Positions 15,658 through 25,270 of a stretch of 64,000 bases of DNA are shown piece by piece; the first letter of the stretch is position 1; each line of letters opens with the position of its first letter. The translations under genes and the position numbers were made by a program. This stretch comes from a virus: IMG/VR virus record IMGVR_UViG_641228504_000001. One strand, written 5' to 3'. Below the pieces are notes generated by a model that saw only the letters and a program-made list of their open reading frames with translations, searched no databases and was not told where the DNA came from.

Positions 15658-16682
15658 ACCTCACCGCCGAGAACGAGCTGCACGTTTCCGCCCCGCACAC
15701 CGATCGCCAGGCGCAGCACCTCTACCAGCAGGTCATCCAGCCGCGCCCCAGCAGAGTCGATCACGAGTGTGACCACACCCCCGCCGGACCGGCCCGGCGG
15801 TCTCACCTCCTCGCCCGCCAGGGCCATGATCGGCACCTGCTGTCCGGGGCTGCCGGGTACCACACCGCCGGTGTGGTAAGTGGGCAGCCTCGGCGCGCTG
15901 ATACTGCCGACGCCCGGCAGCGAGAACGACAACCGCCCCACCGTGCGATTCCAGGCCCGCGAAACAGCGTTAAACCCAGCCCGGAACGGGGCAGAAATAA
16001 GACTACCGACGCGAGAAAACGCATTGCCAATCTTCCTGGGAAGGCCAGTAATCCAGCCGGACGCGCTGCTGGAGAACCGTTTCACGGCCGCCCATCCGGC
16101 CTCAACCGGGTCACCAATTTTGCCCCATACCGCCCGCCACAGATCCTGAAACCACGTGGTTTTCGTCGCTATCAGTACCACCACGGCGACCAGGGCAACA
16201 ATCGCGGCAATGACTAGACCGATAGGATTCGCCAATAGGGCGGTGTTGAGTAGCCAGGTAGCACCCGCCCACGCTTTCGAACCGACTGCGGCGCCCTTTT
16301 GTGCTGCTGCTGCGGCGAGGGTTCCGACCCGCGTTGCCCGTAGCCAGCGCACGCCGGATTTCATGGCTGGGATCAAGAAATTGTACAAACCGCTGGCCAA
16401 ATCACCGATGGCGAAACCCATCAGCAGTAGGGCTTCAAATCCAATGCCGTCCTGGGCTACCTTGACCCCCTCCATACCGTCCTGAACACCCGTTAGCGTG
16501 TCCCGGAAACCCATCGCACGGGTGTCGACGTCATCGGCGGCCTGGCCGACACGGTCGAACCCGTCAGCCGATGCGCGGACATCACGGTCCATTGACCGGG
16601 CGGCGGAACCAACCCGGTCGAATGCGGATTCGAGCTGCGCCGAATCGCCCGCGAAGGTCATCGTGACCGTGTTGCCGGCCAT
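15654..16682 (-). CDS. Tape measure protein (short, 342 aa)
   Basis: Ala/Gly-rich; NPIGLVIAAIVAL and YHTGGVVPG motifs; position. Confidence 0.8.
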   Translation of the reverse strand: MAGNTVTMTFAGDSAQLESAFDRVGSAARSMDRDVRASADGFDRVGQAADDVDTRAMGFRDTLTGVQDGMEGVKVAQDGIGFEALLLMGFAIGDLASGLYNFLIPAMKSGVRWLRATRVGTLAAAAAQKGAAVGSKAWAGATWLLNTALLANPIGLVIAAIVALVAVVVLIATKTTWFQDLWRAVWGKIGDPVEAGWAAVKRFSSSASGWITGLPRKIGNAFSRVGSLISAPFRAGFNAVSRAWNRTVGRLSFSLPGVGSISAPRLPTYHTGGVVPGSPGQQVPIMALAGEEVRPPGRSGGGVVTLVIDSAGARLDDLLVEVLRLAIGVRGGNVQLVLGGEV

Positions 16683-17092
16683 CAGTCGACCTCCACCCCA
16701 GCAGATTTCGCGGCGTCCAGTAGCGCCCGTTCGGTTCTCCGCCGCACTTCGTCACTTTTCGCGGCGTACCCGGCCCACAGATAGCGGCCCTGCTTGCGAT
16801 ACGGCCGCGATACCGACCGGCCACGACCGACCCGTCCGCCGAAGTCCAGCCACGGGTAGTAGGGCACCCGCGCCCCTCCGGCACGCACCCGAACTGCCCG
16901 GCCGGTTGAGGCGACCCGCAGGGACCGAGCTGCCCGTCCGGACCGGCGCGACACGCGAGGACGCGCCCAGTCCACGACCACCTGGGCGGCGTCGTTCATG
17001 GCCACGCGGAGAGTCTTCGGCAGGTCGCTGTCGAGCTTGCGGAGGTTGCGGGTAAACGCCGCCAAACCGTCGATTTTGATCGGGTCAATCAT
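16682..17092 (-). CDS. HK97 gp10-like neck/tail protein
   Basis: IDGLAAF.R.L..., SGRAARSL, Y..W.DFG basic protein. Confidence 0.7.
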   Translation of the reverse strand: MIDPIKIDGLAAFTRNLRKLDSDLPKTLRVAMNDAAQVVVDWARPRVSRRSGRAARSLRVASTGRAVRVRAGGARVPYYPWLDFGGRVGRGRSVSRPYRKQGRYLWAGYAAKSDEVRRRTERALLDAAKSAGVEVD

Positions 17093-17270
17093 TCATCTGC
17101 CCCCTTCCGCTTTCAGCCGTCCCAACTCTTCTCGCTGCGCTTTACGGGCGTAGTAAACGGCCCATTGCACAAATTCGTAGTTGCTCATCTGCTCGCGCAG
17201 CTCGGCAACCGTTCTGCCTAGCTGCGCGGCTAGGAAGAACTCAAACTCAGTCGTTGGATCCGTCTCGAAA
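17093..17270 (-). CDS. Tail assembly chaperone frameshift extension (gpT-like)
   Basis: FFLAAQLGRTVAELREQMSNYEFVQWAVYY; no own start or RBS; in +1 frame relative to the chaperone. Confidence 0.65.
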
Positions 17271-17582
17271 GGTCTGCATCGCCTCTTTATCCGCCCCGCT
17301 GAGCAGCCCAGACAGCTTGGCGATCTGCTCGGAAACGGCAACGAGGTCCCCGGCGTCGCCGGACGCGCCCCAGGCCGCCACGTCTTCTTCTGTCATCCGC
17401 GGGGAGGTCATGCCCGTAGCGATGATGAAGTTATCCCTGTCGGTCAACGTCGCCTTGTCATTGGAGACCAAAATCTCGTTCCGGGTCAGTGACCGGATGC
17501 CGACCGTGGAACCGTCGGGAAGGGTAGCGATGCCCTTGCCGGTCTTGCGGGCAAGGATCTCGTCGCGGGTCAGATGTGCCAT
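17247..17582 (-). CDS. Tail assembly chaperone (gpG-like), 111 aa
   Basis: Between major tail and tape measure; LTRDEIL N-terminus. Confidence 0.75.
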   Translation of the reverse strand: MAHLTRDEILARKTGKGIATLPDGSTVGIRSLTRNEILVSNDKATLTDRDNFIIATGMTSPRMTEEDVAAWGASGDAGDLVAVSEQIAKLSGLLSGADKEAMQTFRDGSND

Positions 17583-17593
17583 GGTCTCTCCCG

Positions 17594-17998
17594 TCACGCC
17601 TGGGTGGAGTGGGTGACGTCGCCGGAATGCTGCAATTTGCAGGTCCACATCACGTAGTCGGCGACCGGATGCGTCTCTTTATACTCGCCCACGACGACAT
17701 CAACCGATCTTTCCGGCAGGCCGGTGCCGGTCCCCTCGGGGCGATACACGAAAACGGCATTAGTGCCGATCAACGGCTCGATCACCGCCCGGGGTCCGGT
17801 GACGGCAGTGTTGTCGTAGGTGCCCGACAGGTCGGTTGACCCGTCGCCGAGACCACCGGCATAAACCTCGTTGTTATTGCCGTAGGTGGTGAGTTTCCGA
17901 ATGTCGGTTGATCGTGTCCAGTCTGAATCATTCAGGTACTGCGACAGGTCATTTCCCGCCAACGATGCGTACGTGTGTTTGCTGTGTACGCGGGCCAT
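17594..17998 (-). CDS. Major tail protein, 134 aa
   Basis: DLSQY..D..TTYG..GLGDG...SG.YD pattern; GGGAG RBS. Confidence 0.75.
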   Translation of the reverse strand: MARVHSKHTYASLAGNDLSQYLNDSDWTRSTDIRKLTTYGNNNEVYAGGLGDGSTDLSGTYDNTAVTGPRAVIEPLIGTNAVFVYRPEGTGTGLPERSVDVVVGEYKETHPVADYVMWTCKLQHSGDVTHSTQA

Positions 17999-18011
17999 AT
18001 CTTTGCTCCCC

Positions 18012-18428
18012 TCACTGGCCGCCCTGGCCTGCGATCCGGACCTCAACTAGCGCGACCATGTGGGTGTTACTGCCGATGGTGGTGGTGTCGAACTCCACGC
18101 CGGCGACGTGGATGGAGTCGAACGCGGTGTAGTTGCCCTCGTCTGCCTCGAGGCCGGCCTTGACCGAGGTGTCGCCGGTGCCGGCGAGCCAGGTGGATAG
18201 CTGGTCGCGGGTGGAGTCGTCGTGCACGCGGCCGGCGACCAGGGCGACGGTGAGGGTCAGCTCGTCGCTGCCGCGGCCGTAGGTGGCGTCGTAGGTGTAG
18301 GTGTCGGGGTAGGAGACCACCGCGGCCGGCGCCGACACGGTGCCTGGCGGGTAGGGGTAGACCGACCATGAGTCGTCGATGGTGGCGAGTCGGGCGGCGA
18401 TGTCGCGCATCACGTCGGTGAGGTTCAC
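18012..18428 (-). CDS. Tail terminator/completion protein
   Basis: Synteny; P..V.APAAVV.YP pattern. Confidence 0.6.
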   Translation of the reverse strand: MNLTDVMRDIAARLATIDDSWSVYPYPPGTVSAPAAVVSYPDTYTYDATYGRGSDELTLTVALVAGRVHDDSTRDQLSTWLAGTGDTSVKAGLEADEGNYTAFDSIHVAGVEFDTTTIGSNTHMVALVEVRIAGQGGQ

Positions 18429-18438
18429 CGGCTGCTCC

Positions 18439-19017
18439 CTATGCGATTGCGGGCAGGACGAACGGGGAGAGCAGGGCGTGCACGTCGGGGTCGATGCGGG
18501 TCACCCGCAGCGCGCCCCAGTCGGCGGACCCGGCGATGCCCTCGGGGCTGGACCGGCGTTGGTGCAGCCGTGCCGCTTGGAGTAGTGCGGCTTGGGTGAC
18601 CTCGTCGGGGACCGCGGGCCATCCCCATACGGCGGTGATCCGGGTGTGGGTGCCTGACCAGGTGCCCCGTAGGACGGTCACGGGCCAGCCCGGTTTGGGG
18701 TCGTCGGCGTACCAGCTGGTGTAGCTGGTCCAGGTGGACGGGGCTCTGCCGAGTTCGACTGTCAGCCCGGTGGTGGTGGCGATGTCGTCGACGAGCAGTT
18801 GTGACTGCCCGGGGTCGGACCAGGGGTCGGGAATGACGCGGTGCTGTAGTGGCACGACAGCAACCCGCGTCGTGCCGGCGTCGGTGTGGAAGCGTCGGCC
18901 GCAGTGTCGGTCGATCCATCGGGAGGCGGTGTGGATTGTCTGGTTGAGTAGGTCGTCGGTTGAGGTGGTGGTGACGCCGAGGTGGGCCTTCAGCGTGGCG
19001 AGGTCGACGTAGTTCAT
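18439..19017 (-). CDS. Head-tail connector/adaptor (gp6/gp15-like)
   Basis: YVDLA.LK.HL..ASRWID..CGRRF; WGWPAVP.EV.QA.L. Confidence 0.8.
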   Translation of the reverse strand: MNYVDLATLKAHLGVTTTSTDDLLNQTIHTASRWIDRHCGRRFHTDAGTTRVAVVPLQHRVIPDPWSDPGQSQLLVDDIATTTGLTVELGRAPSTWTSYTSWYADDPKPGWPVTVLRGTWSGTHTRITAVWGWPAVPDEVTQAALLQAARLHQRRSSPEGIAGSADWGALRVTRIDPDVHALLSPFVLPAIA

Positions 19018-19310
19018 CGCCGGGTAGGGCGCTTCTTGGTGGCGTTGGCCAGTTCGCCCACCTCGGCGACCGCGGCGCGTAGCCTTTTCGCGGCGGTCCG
19101 GGCCTGGGCGGCGAGCACGTCTTGGCCGTCGTCGGCGTGGCCGGCGGCCTTGGCGTCGAGCATGTCGGCCTCGACGCTGATCGCCGCGGCCACGCGCGCA
19201 AGTTCTGCGCCGGCTGCCGCGGCCCGCTCGGCGCGGCCATCCCGGGCGTACCGGGACCGCTCGTCCCGGTACGCCCGCAGTTCCGCGATGAGATCGTGAG
19301 ACATGATCAT
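19014..19310 (-). CDS. Small helical protein after capsid gene
   Basis: Synteny; stop overlaps next start. Confidence 0.55.
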   Translation of the reverse strand: MIMSHDLIAELRAYRDERSRYARDGRAERAAAAGAELARVAAAISVEADMLDAKAAGHADDGQDVLAAQARTAAKRLRAAVAEVGELANATKKRPTRR

Positions 19311-19318
19311 GCCGCCGG

Positions 19319-20815
19319 TCAGTAGCCGGAGGTCGGGATCATGCCGGTGCCCGAGACGATCGAAATCGCCTTCGGTAGCCGGGTGGCCATGAACGCCGCG
19401 TACCGGTACACCTGGAAGCGGACCTGCAGCGTCCCCGACAGCACCTCGGTGAGGACACGGGTCTGGATCGCGCCCTCCCACAGGTACAGGTCGGAGGTGC
19501 GTAGCGTGATGATCCGCGTTTCGTCGGTGCCGGCGCCGAGGTTCTCCGGGATGTTGCCGTCGAGGATCACCGGTGTGCCGACGGTCAGTTTGCCGACCGG
19601 GCCCTCAGCGATTTCGCCGGTCTGTAAGGCCATGGGGTTGAACGGCGCCTCCTGTGACGGCTGGATCAGCGGCCGGTTTGTGGTATCGAGACCGGCAGTC
19701 GCCCAGAACCAGATCTTCGGCAACGCAAAGGTGGCTGTGGCGGGCCGCTTGCGGTTGGTGAAGATCTGGGAGACCGACTGGACCCACGGCACGTACATCT
19801 CCGGCAGCGTCGGCGACGCGTCCGTGTAGGTGATCGCGTTCGGCGAGCTGACGTTGAGGATGCCGGTCGGCTGCCCGGCAGTCCCGGAGCCGTTGATCAC
19901 GTACACGTCCTGCCGAACCGCGAGGTCGGCGAGTAGGTCGGCGAAGATGATTTCGTCGAAGCCCGGCGCCGGGGACTGGTCGAGTAGCTGCATGGACGCG
20001 TCCTGCTGGCCGGCGACCGTGTAGACCGATGCGGACACGCTGGTATCGGTCATGTCGGTGCTGGTCACCGGGGCACCATCGGCGGTCTGCGCGGCGGTTG
20101 ACGTGCCGGTGGCGACCTTCGGCAGGTTCACGGAGTCGGTGCCGCCCGGCAGTGCCATGTTGCGCACGGCGTTGGCGATCGGCCGACCGAAGCGCGGCAG
20201 GTCGATGTACTGGTCGATCAGCCACAGCGGCGGCACGAAGTAGCCGCCCTGGCCGTCGGTCCGGTTCGGGTTGACCCGCTTCTCGAACACGCGGCTGCGC
20301 TGCTCCTCGTGCCAGCGCTCGGCCGTGCCCATGCCGTCCATCTCCCGCTGGGCGCGCTCCTCGCGGCGCCGCTCCCGGGCGGGTAGTTCGACCCGTAGTT
20401 CGGCGGCGTGCCGCTGCAGGCGTTCCGCGGCGCTGGAGTCGGCGCGCAGTTGCGCCTTGGCCAGGTCGTGGAAGTAGGAGTTTCCGGAGCCGTTGCCGTA
20501 CACCTGCGGCTCACTGGTGACCACGGCGCCGCCGGTGCGGTGCTCGCCCACCTGGCCGGACTCGGCGCGGGCGCCCGCCGCGACCTGCTCGCGGTGTTCG
20601 GTCTCCTCCGCCTCGCGGATCTGGCTATTCAGGCCGTCCTCGTCACCGTTGAGCTTGCGCAGCTGCTCGGTTCCCGCGACGAGGCGAGCCTGCTCGTCGT
20701 CGGTCAGGTCGCGGCTTGCCGACCGGGCGCCGCTGATGACGGCGTCGAGTTCGGCACGCAGCGCGGCCCGCCGCTCGCGCAGCTGGACAAGCTGCGCGCG
20801 AAGGTACTCCAACAT
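19319..20815 (-). CDS. Major capsid protein (HK97 fold, coiled-coil delta domain), 498 aa
   Basis: GGYFVPP, NGSGT.GQPTGILN motifs. Confidence 0.93.
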   Translation of the reverse strand: MLEYLRAQLVQLRERRAALRAELDAVISGARSASRDLTDDEQARLVAGTEQLRKLNGDEDGLNSQIREAEETEHREQVAAGARAESGQVGEHRTGGAVVTSEPQVYGNGSGNSYFHDLAKAQLRADSSAAERLQRHAAELRVELPARERRREERAQREMDGMGTAERWHEEQRSRVFEKRVNPNRTDGQGGYFVPPLWLIDQYIDLPRFGRPIANAVRNMALPGGTDSVNLPKVATGTSTAAQTADGAPVTSTDMTDTSVSASVYTVAGQQDASMQLLDQSPAPGFDEIIFADLLADLAVRQDVYVINGSGTAGQPTGILNVSSPNAITYTDASPTLPEMYVPWVQSVSQIFTNRKRPATATFALPKIWFWATAGLDTTNRPLIQPSQEAPFNPMALQTGEIAEGPVGKLTVGTPVILDGNIPENLGAGTDETRIITLRTSDLYLWEGAIQTRVLTEVLSGTLQVRFQVYRYAAFMATRLPKAISIVSGTGMIPTSGY

Positions 20816-20932
20816 GGAGGCCCCTTTCGGTTCGTTTGTTGAATGGGTCGCGCCCGCGTCGCGCGAGTGGTGCCGCCGAGTGGTGGCCTCATGTGGCTCC
20901 GGCTCGGGGTCCGGCTTGCCGTGCGGGCAAGA

Positions 20933-21598
20933 TCAGCCGAGAAGCGCGATCTCGGCTGCGAACAGCTCCAGCGCGGGGCCGAGCTGAGACTGGGGTGCGA
21001 GCCTGCGGCCGAGCCGCTCATACAGCTCGCGGGCGGCGGCCTCGTCCATCTGGTCGAGGTCCTGGGCGCGCACCGCCGCGGTCGTGGCCGGGTTCGCGCC
21101 GAAGTTGACCACCGACACGTCGCCGCGGTGGATGTCCACCTCGAGGATGTCGCGCTGGTCGTAGTCCGGGGACCACTGGCTTTTCCCGGCCGGCACGCGG
21201 AACGCGAACGACATCTCGTCGACGTTGCCGTCGGCGAGCGCCGAGACCATGTCGCGCACGTCGGATCGGGTGGTGTTGACGTCAGCGGCGATGTGTAGGC
21301 CGGTAGAGTCCTCCGACAGGCGCAGCGTCCCGGCTCGGGTGTAGGCCATGGACAGGCCGCCGTGGTTAAGTAGCAGCTGAACTTGAGGATTCTCCGCCAG
21401 GGTCTTGGCGAACGCGCCGTTGCGGACCAGCTCGGTGTAGCTACCGAGGAAGTCGTACATCTCGTACGGAGCCTCGGTGACCGACGCGTAGCCCTCGATT
21501 CTGGCCTGCTCGGAGCCAGCCGCCCGGACCTCCAGTCGCACCGGGTACGCGCGGTGTTCGGTGCCGCCGCGGGTAGCCCGCTCAGCCTTACTTCGCAC
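20933..21598 (-). CDS. HK97-family prohead protease
   Basis: IEGYASV, GAFAKTL, LLLNHG, MSFAF, DVSVV.F.ANP. Confidence 0.9.
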   Translation of the reverse strand: MRSKAERATRGGTEHRAYPVRLEVRAAGSEQARIEGYASVTEAPYEMYDFLGSYTELVRNGAFAKTLAENPQVQLLLNHGGLSMAYTRAGTLRLSEDSTGLHIAADVNTTRSDVRDMVSALADGNVDEMSFAFRVPAGKSQWSPDYDQRDILEVDIHRGDVSVVNFGANPATTAAVRAQDLDQMDEAAARELYERLGRRLAPQSQLGPALELFAAEIALLG

Positions 21599-22802
21599 TG
21601 GGGTCTCCCATCGGTTCGTTCGGGTCGGGATCGGCCGGCTGTTGAGTGGGCATCGACACGGCTGGTTGTTCGCCCCATGGCACGGGCGTCCAGTCCTCGT
21701 CGTCGCGCACCTCGTTGATCGCCCGCGCTTTGGTAGCAAGCTGAATCTGGTAGACGCGCCACCGGTCGAGCACGGTCGGCTCCAGCAGGGCGGAGCGATT
21801 GAGACGAGCACATTGACCACGCGGCAGCATCGAGCTGAGCACACGTTCGACCCGGCGCATCCACTTGTTCAGCGCGTACACCAACAGGTGCTGCGAGCGT
21901 CCCTCAACAGTGGAGTAGGTCAATGATCCGCCGGATTCGTAGCCGAGGATTTCGGCCATTCCCGGGCCGAAGATCCGCGCGACCTGGGCCTGCGAGAACT
22001 TGTTGGTCTCCAGGAACTGGGACTCCTCGGGGTTGATCTGGATTGGCGTGTATTGCCAGTCCCCATCGATCACCACGGGTTCACGGCCGCGGATCGCCGC
22101 CATGAACCGCTGTTTCGCGGTCGTCGCGCCATCGGGGCCTAGGTTGCGGGACTTCGACTGCATCACCGCCGACGGGTGGGCGCCTTCGGTAAACCAGTCG
22201 AGGCCGAAGCGGGTAGCGCTGAGCGTGAGACCGAGCGTGGCGGCCTGCTGCTGCACCGGCGACAGGCCCATCAGCCGACCGGGAACGGTGTGCACCCGGC
22301 GATGCCACATTTGCCCGGGCGGTATGTCGCCGCCGGCCACACGCCACACCGGACGGCCGCCCTCGTCGTACCAGCCGGCTACCGAGTCCGGGTGTAGCAG
22401 TTGGATCTGTGTCGGCCAGGCGCTGTCGGAGTCACGCGACCAGCCGAGTACCCGCCCGTTGATGTTGCCGCGCAGCACCCACGACATGAGTAGCTGCGAG
22501 ATCCAGTCCTCAACGCCGTACCCCTCGCCACCCGGGTCCTGCAGGTACGACGGCACCGCAAGGATCTTCTTGCCGGCTCCGGACCCACGGAGCACGTCGA
22601 TCGGCAGCTCGGAGACGAGCGAACAGATCAGGTCGGCGGCCGACCACATGGCCACTGTCTGCAAGCTCACCTCAGATGAGGCGGTCAGCGCGGCCAGCGA
22701 GTTACGGGCGCCGGCGGCCGGCGACACAGGCGCGGTGGATGCCCAGGACGTGATCGAGAAGCCGTTGAGGCGGCGCTCGGTCTGACGGAACCAGATCCCC
22801 AT
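21588..22802 (-). CDS. Portal protein (HK97 family)
   Basis: V.ELPI, L.GN, GLSPV, FLET..FS..QVARIFG. Confidence 0.92.
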   Translation of the reverse strand: MGIWFRQTERRLNGFSITSWASTAPVSPAAGARNSLAALTASSEVSLQTVAMWSAADLICSLVSELPIDVLRGSGAGKKILAVPSYLQDPGGEGYGVEDWISQLLMSWVLRGNINGRVLGWSRDSDSAWPTQIQLLHPDSVAGWYDEGGRPVWRVAGGDIPPGQMWHRRVHTVPGRLMGLSPVQQQAATLGLTLSATRFGLDWFTEGAHPSAVMQSKSRNLGPDGATTAKQRFMAAIRGREPVVIDGDWQYTPIQINPEESQFLETNKFSQAQVARIFGPGMAEILGYESGGSLTYSTVEGRSQHLLVYALNKWMRRVERVLSSMLPRGQCARLNRSALLEPTVLDRWRVYQIQLATKARAINEVRDDEDWTPVPWGEQPAVSMPTQQPADPDPNEPMGDPSAK

Positions 22803-23014
22803 CAGACCCGCCGATCCAGGGCCCACAGCACGGCCCCGGCGAAGATGACGCCGAGCGGCCGATAGACCATCCACAGGCCGCCGGCCACGAGCAGCGGCCC
22901 GGCCACGCCGGGCAGGCTCCGACCGACCAGCCGGACGGCCGTGCCGGCTGCGGCGGCGACCCATCCCATTACGGCGTCCCAACGAGGACGTAGCGCAGCC
23001 GTCAGCACCGTCAC
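22802..23014 (-). CDS. Small membrane protein between terminase and portal, 70 aa
   Basis: Hydrophobic; GAGGGGG RBS; TGATG overlap. Confidence 0.65.
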   Translation of the reverse strand: MTVLTAALRPRWDAVMGWVAAAAGTAVRLVGRSLPGVAGPLLVAGGLWMVYRPLGVIFAGAVLWALDRRV

Positions 23015-23024
23015 CGGTTCCCCC

Positions 23025-24566
23025 TCACCAGACCCCCACCGGGTCCTGCCTCTTGCTGGTGCCCACGTCGGCGCGGGCGTAGTACGCCCATCGGGCCTCG
23101 GTGACCGCGACCAGGCCGGTGATGTCGACCGCCCGGTCCTGCCGCGCCCACGCAACCGCATCGCCGGTGCGCCTGGTCTTCGCCGTCGCCACCGCAGCGT
23201 CGAGCTGGGCGGCCGGCACGTACCGCAGGTCGGCCTGCCGGGTCGCGTCGAGCATCTGCCCACACGCGGCGGCCATGTCGGCGCCACCAAGCACCACCAG
23301 ATCGCCGCGGCGAGGTTCCTTGTCCTCGTCACGGTCCTCGGGCCGTTCGATACCCCGGGCCCGCAGGTCCTCCCTCAGAGAGGCGTGGGTGCCTCGGGCC
23401 ATTCCGACCGCGACCGGGTCAAGCGCCGACCGGAACTCGGCGATCTTGTCGACGAGCCCGGCGACCGGACCGTAGTAGACCAGCTGCAGATGCCCGAGGC
23501 CGTCAGCGCGATGCCCGTACAGTCCAATGGCCGCCCAGTCCCGCTCCGGGGCGATGTCAACAGCGATCGCCACAACGCCCTCGCGCCGCGATTCCGGGTC
23601 GGCCAGCTGCCGCCAGGTCGCCTGGTCGATTGCCGCCCCGGTCTCCAACTCCGAATACACGCCGAGGCGTTCGCGCAGGAACTGCGCGACACCAGTAGCG
23701 CGAACCTCACGCAGAATCGACGACTCGAAGATTCGCACCCCGAACGCCCGGTTGGCCTCGGCCACCGCGGCGAACAACCGGCCGCGCAGCGCCCGGCCCT
23801 CAGTGGTGTCCTCGGCCTCGTCCGACAACGCCTTGTTCGCCTCGACCAGCGTAAACAGGTCGTCGTAGCGGCCGGACGCCGACCACTCGTAGTAGACCAG
23901 ACCACGCGTGCCGCGCCGGCCGCGTGTGACCACCTCGCGCAGCACCTCGGAGCCGCCGAGCGGCGCCGAGGACATGTACCACACCTGCGGGTTCGCCGCC
24001 GCGGACGTCGCGTACACGATCGCCGCTACCTGCTCGGCCGTCAACGCGAACGCCTCGTCGAGGAACAGCGGACTCACGCCGGCGAAACCCCGACCCGAAC
24101 CGCCGGACCGGGCCAGGAACGCCAGGGTCTGCCCGGTTTTGAGAATGATCTCCGTCGAATGGGTCGACGACCGGATCGTGCGAACCCGCTTACGCAGATG
24201 ATCGAAGTTGTCGAAGTAGCCGCGCATCCGCACGAAGCCCTGATGCGCGGTCTTAAACTCGTGCGCCGTCCAGACAATCAGCGGCTCCTTGACCAGCAGC
24301 AAGCCGGCCAGCGCCCGAACCTCAAGGTCGACGCCCTTACCATTCTGCCGCGGCTCGAGGTCGGCGACCTCGCTCGCAAGCCACTTACCGTCAGCGCCCC
24401 GGGCGAGCCCATCGTGGATAATCGCTGCCTGGCCCTCATCGAGCCGGACACCGACGGTGGCCGCCAGGTCGACGGCCTCCGGCCCCCAGCTACCGGCCGC
24501 CCCCTGCGGCACGGTCCGGAACCGGGGCGTCTGTGATCCGATCGGCACCGCGCCGGCTGAGTTCAT
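23025..24566 (-). CDS. Terminase large subunit
   Basis: PRQNGK Walker A, LFLDEA Walker B, AIAVDIAP nuclease motif. Confidence 0.92.
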   Translation of the reverse strand: MNSAGAVPIGSQTPRFRTVPQGAAGSWGPEAVDLAATVGVRLDEGQAAIIHDGLARGADGKWLASEVADLEPRQNGKGVDLEVRALAGLLLVKEPLIVWTAHEFKTAHQGFVRMRGYFDNFDHLRKRVRTIRSSTHSTEIILKTGQTLAFLARSGGSGRGFAGVSPLFLDEAFALTAEQVAAIVYATSAAANPQVWYMSSAPLGGSEVLREVVTRGRRGTRGLVYYEWSASGRYDDLFTLVEANKALSDEAEDTTEGRALRGRLFAAVAEANRAFGVRIFESSILREVRATGVAQFLRERLGVYSELETGAAIDQATWRQLADPESRREGVVAIAVDIAPERDWAAIGLYGHRADGLGHLQLVYYGPVAGLVDKIAEFRSALDPVAVGMARGTHASLREDLRARGIERPEDRDEDKEPRRGDLVVLGGADMAAACGQMLDATRQADLRYVPAAQLDAAVATAKTRRTGDAVAWARQDRAVDITGLVAVTEARWAYYARADVGTSKRQDPVGVW

Positions 24567-24786
24567 CGATCGGATCAGCCTCCCCCGGCACCCTGTCGGC
24601 CATCGTGCGCAACTCGGCAAGCACGACCCGGATCTCCTTGGCTACAGCAGCGCAATCGCGGGCCCCGCAACCGGCGTCGAGGGTGTCAGCCAAGTTCCGG
24701 GCGACCGCGGCCAAGGCGCTATCCCGCACCGCCGGCGGCATCTCACCTAGGTCTGCCTCAAGGGCATCACGAACACTCATTGTCAC
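24490..24786 (-). CDS. Terminase small subunit (probable)
   Basis: Position; A..LA..LD...A.VAKE.R..L.EL...DPIDEL pattern. Confidence 0.65.
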   Translation of the reverse strand: MTMSVRDALEADLGEMPPAVRDSALAAVARNLADTLDAGCGARDCAAVAKEIRVVLAELRTMADRVPGEADPIDELSRRGADRITDAPVPDRAAGGGR

Positions 24787-24925
24787 CCCTCACCCTGAGT
24801 CACCAGTCACCGTGAGTAGTGGACGGCTTGGGCTTATTCACCCCCGCACACAAGTGAGGAACAAGGCGGCGGGTGTTCCGCTTGCCCCTGCTCAAAAAAT
24901 CTTGGCTTGCAAACCTATGACCTGC
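24787..24925. other. Probable cos/packaging region
   Basis: Non-coding gap with an A6 tract between HNH and terS, the usual cos position in HK97-like phages (inference). Confidence 0.35.
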
Positions 24926-25231
24926 TCAAATACAGCTCGGGTCAATGCTCAGTGGTTGTCTCTCAATCACTGGCCTTCGGTTGCGCTCCTGGTTGCAGCA
25001 TCGCGCACGCCCTGTAGTGGGACTTACGCAGACTGGGCACGGGCTGTTACTGCCGTGCGATGGGCGAAGATTGGCCACATCATACGGTGACCCTCCGTCG
25101 CTTAGCCTGGTTATGTGGTCTACCTCGTGGGCCTCTGGGTGTCCGCACCAGTGACAGTCAGTGCCCCATGCCCGGAAGGTTGCTATGCGCGCACGCTGCC
25201 ATGGCCGGCGTGATTGGCGTGGGTCCACCAT
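24926..25231 (-). CDS. HNH endonuclease (packaging-associated)
   Basis: CHWCG...VDH...GG......NL...H....C...CN. Confidence 0.88.
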   Translation of the reverse strand: MVDPRQSRRPWQRARIATFRAWGTDCHWCGHPEAHEVDHITRLSDGGSPYDVANLRPSHGSNSPCPVCVSPTTGRARCCNQERNRRPVIERQPLSIDPSCI

Positions 25232-25270
25232 GAGCTACCTCCACCGGGCACGCGCCGCAGAAGCAGGAAG

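Noticed and set aside
17250-17300. Classical -1 tail-chaperone frameshift
   Set aside because: No slippery heptamer, and the -1 frame closes at TAG; the extension is in the +1 frame.
22941-24536. Long plus-strand ORFs antisense to structural genes (also 22000-22785, 25214-26308, 28320-29327)
   Set aside because: Shadow ORFs typical of high-GC DNA; no recognisable domains.
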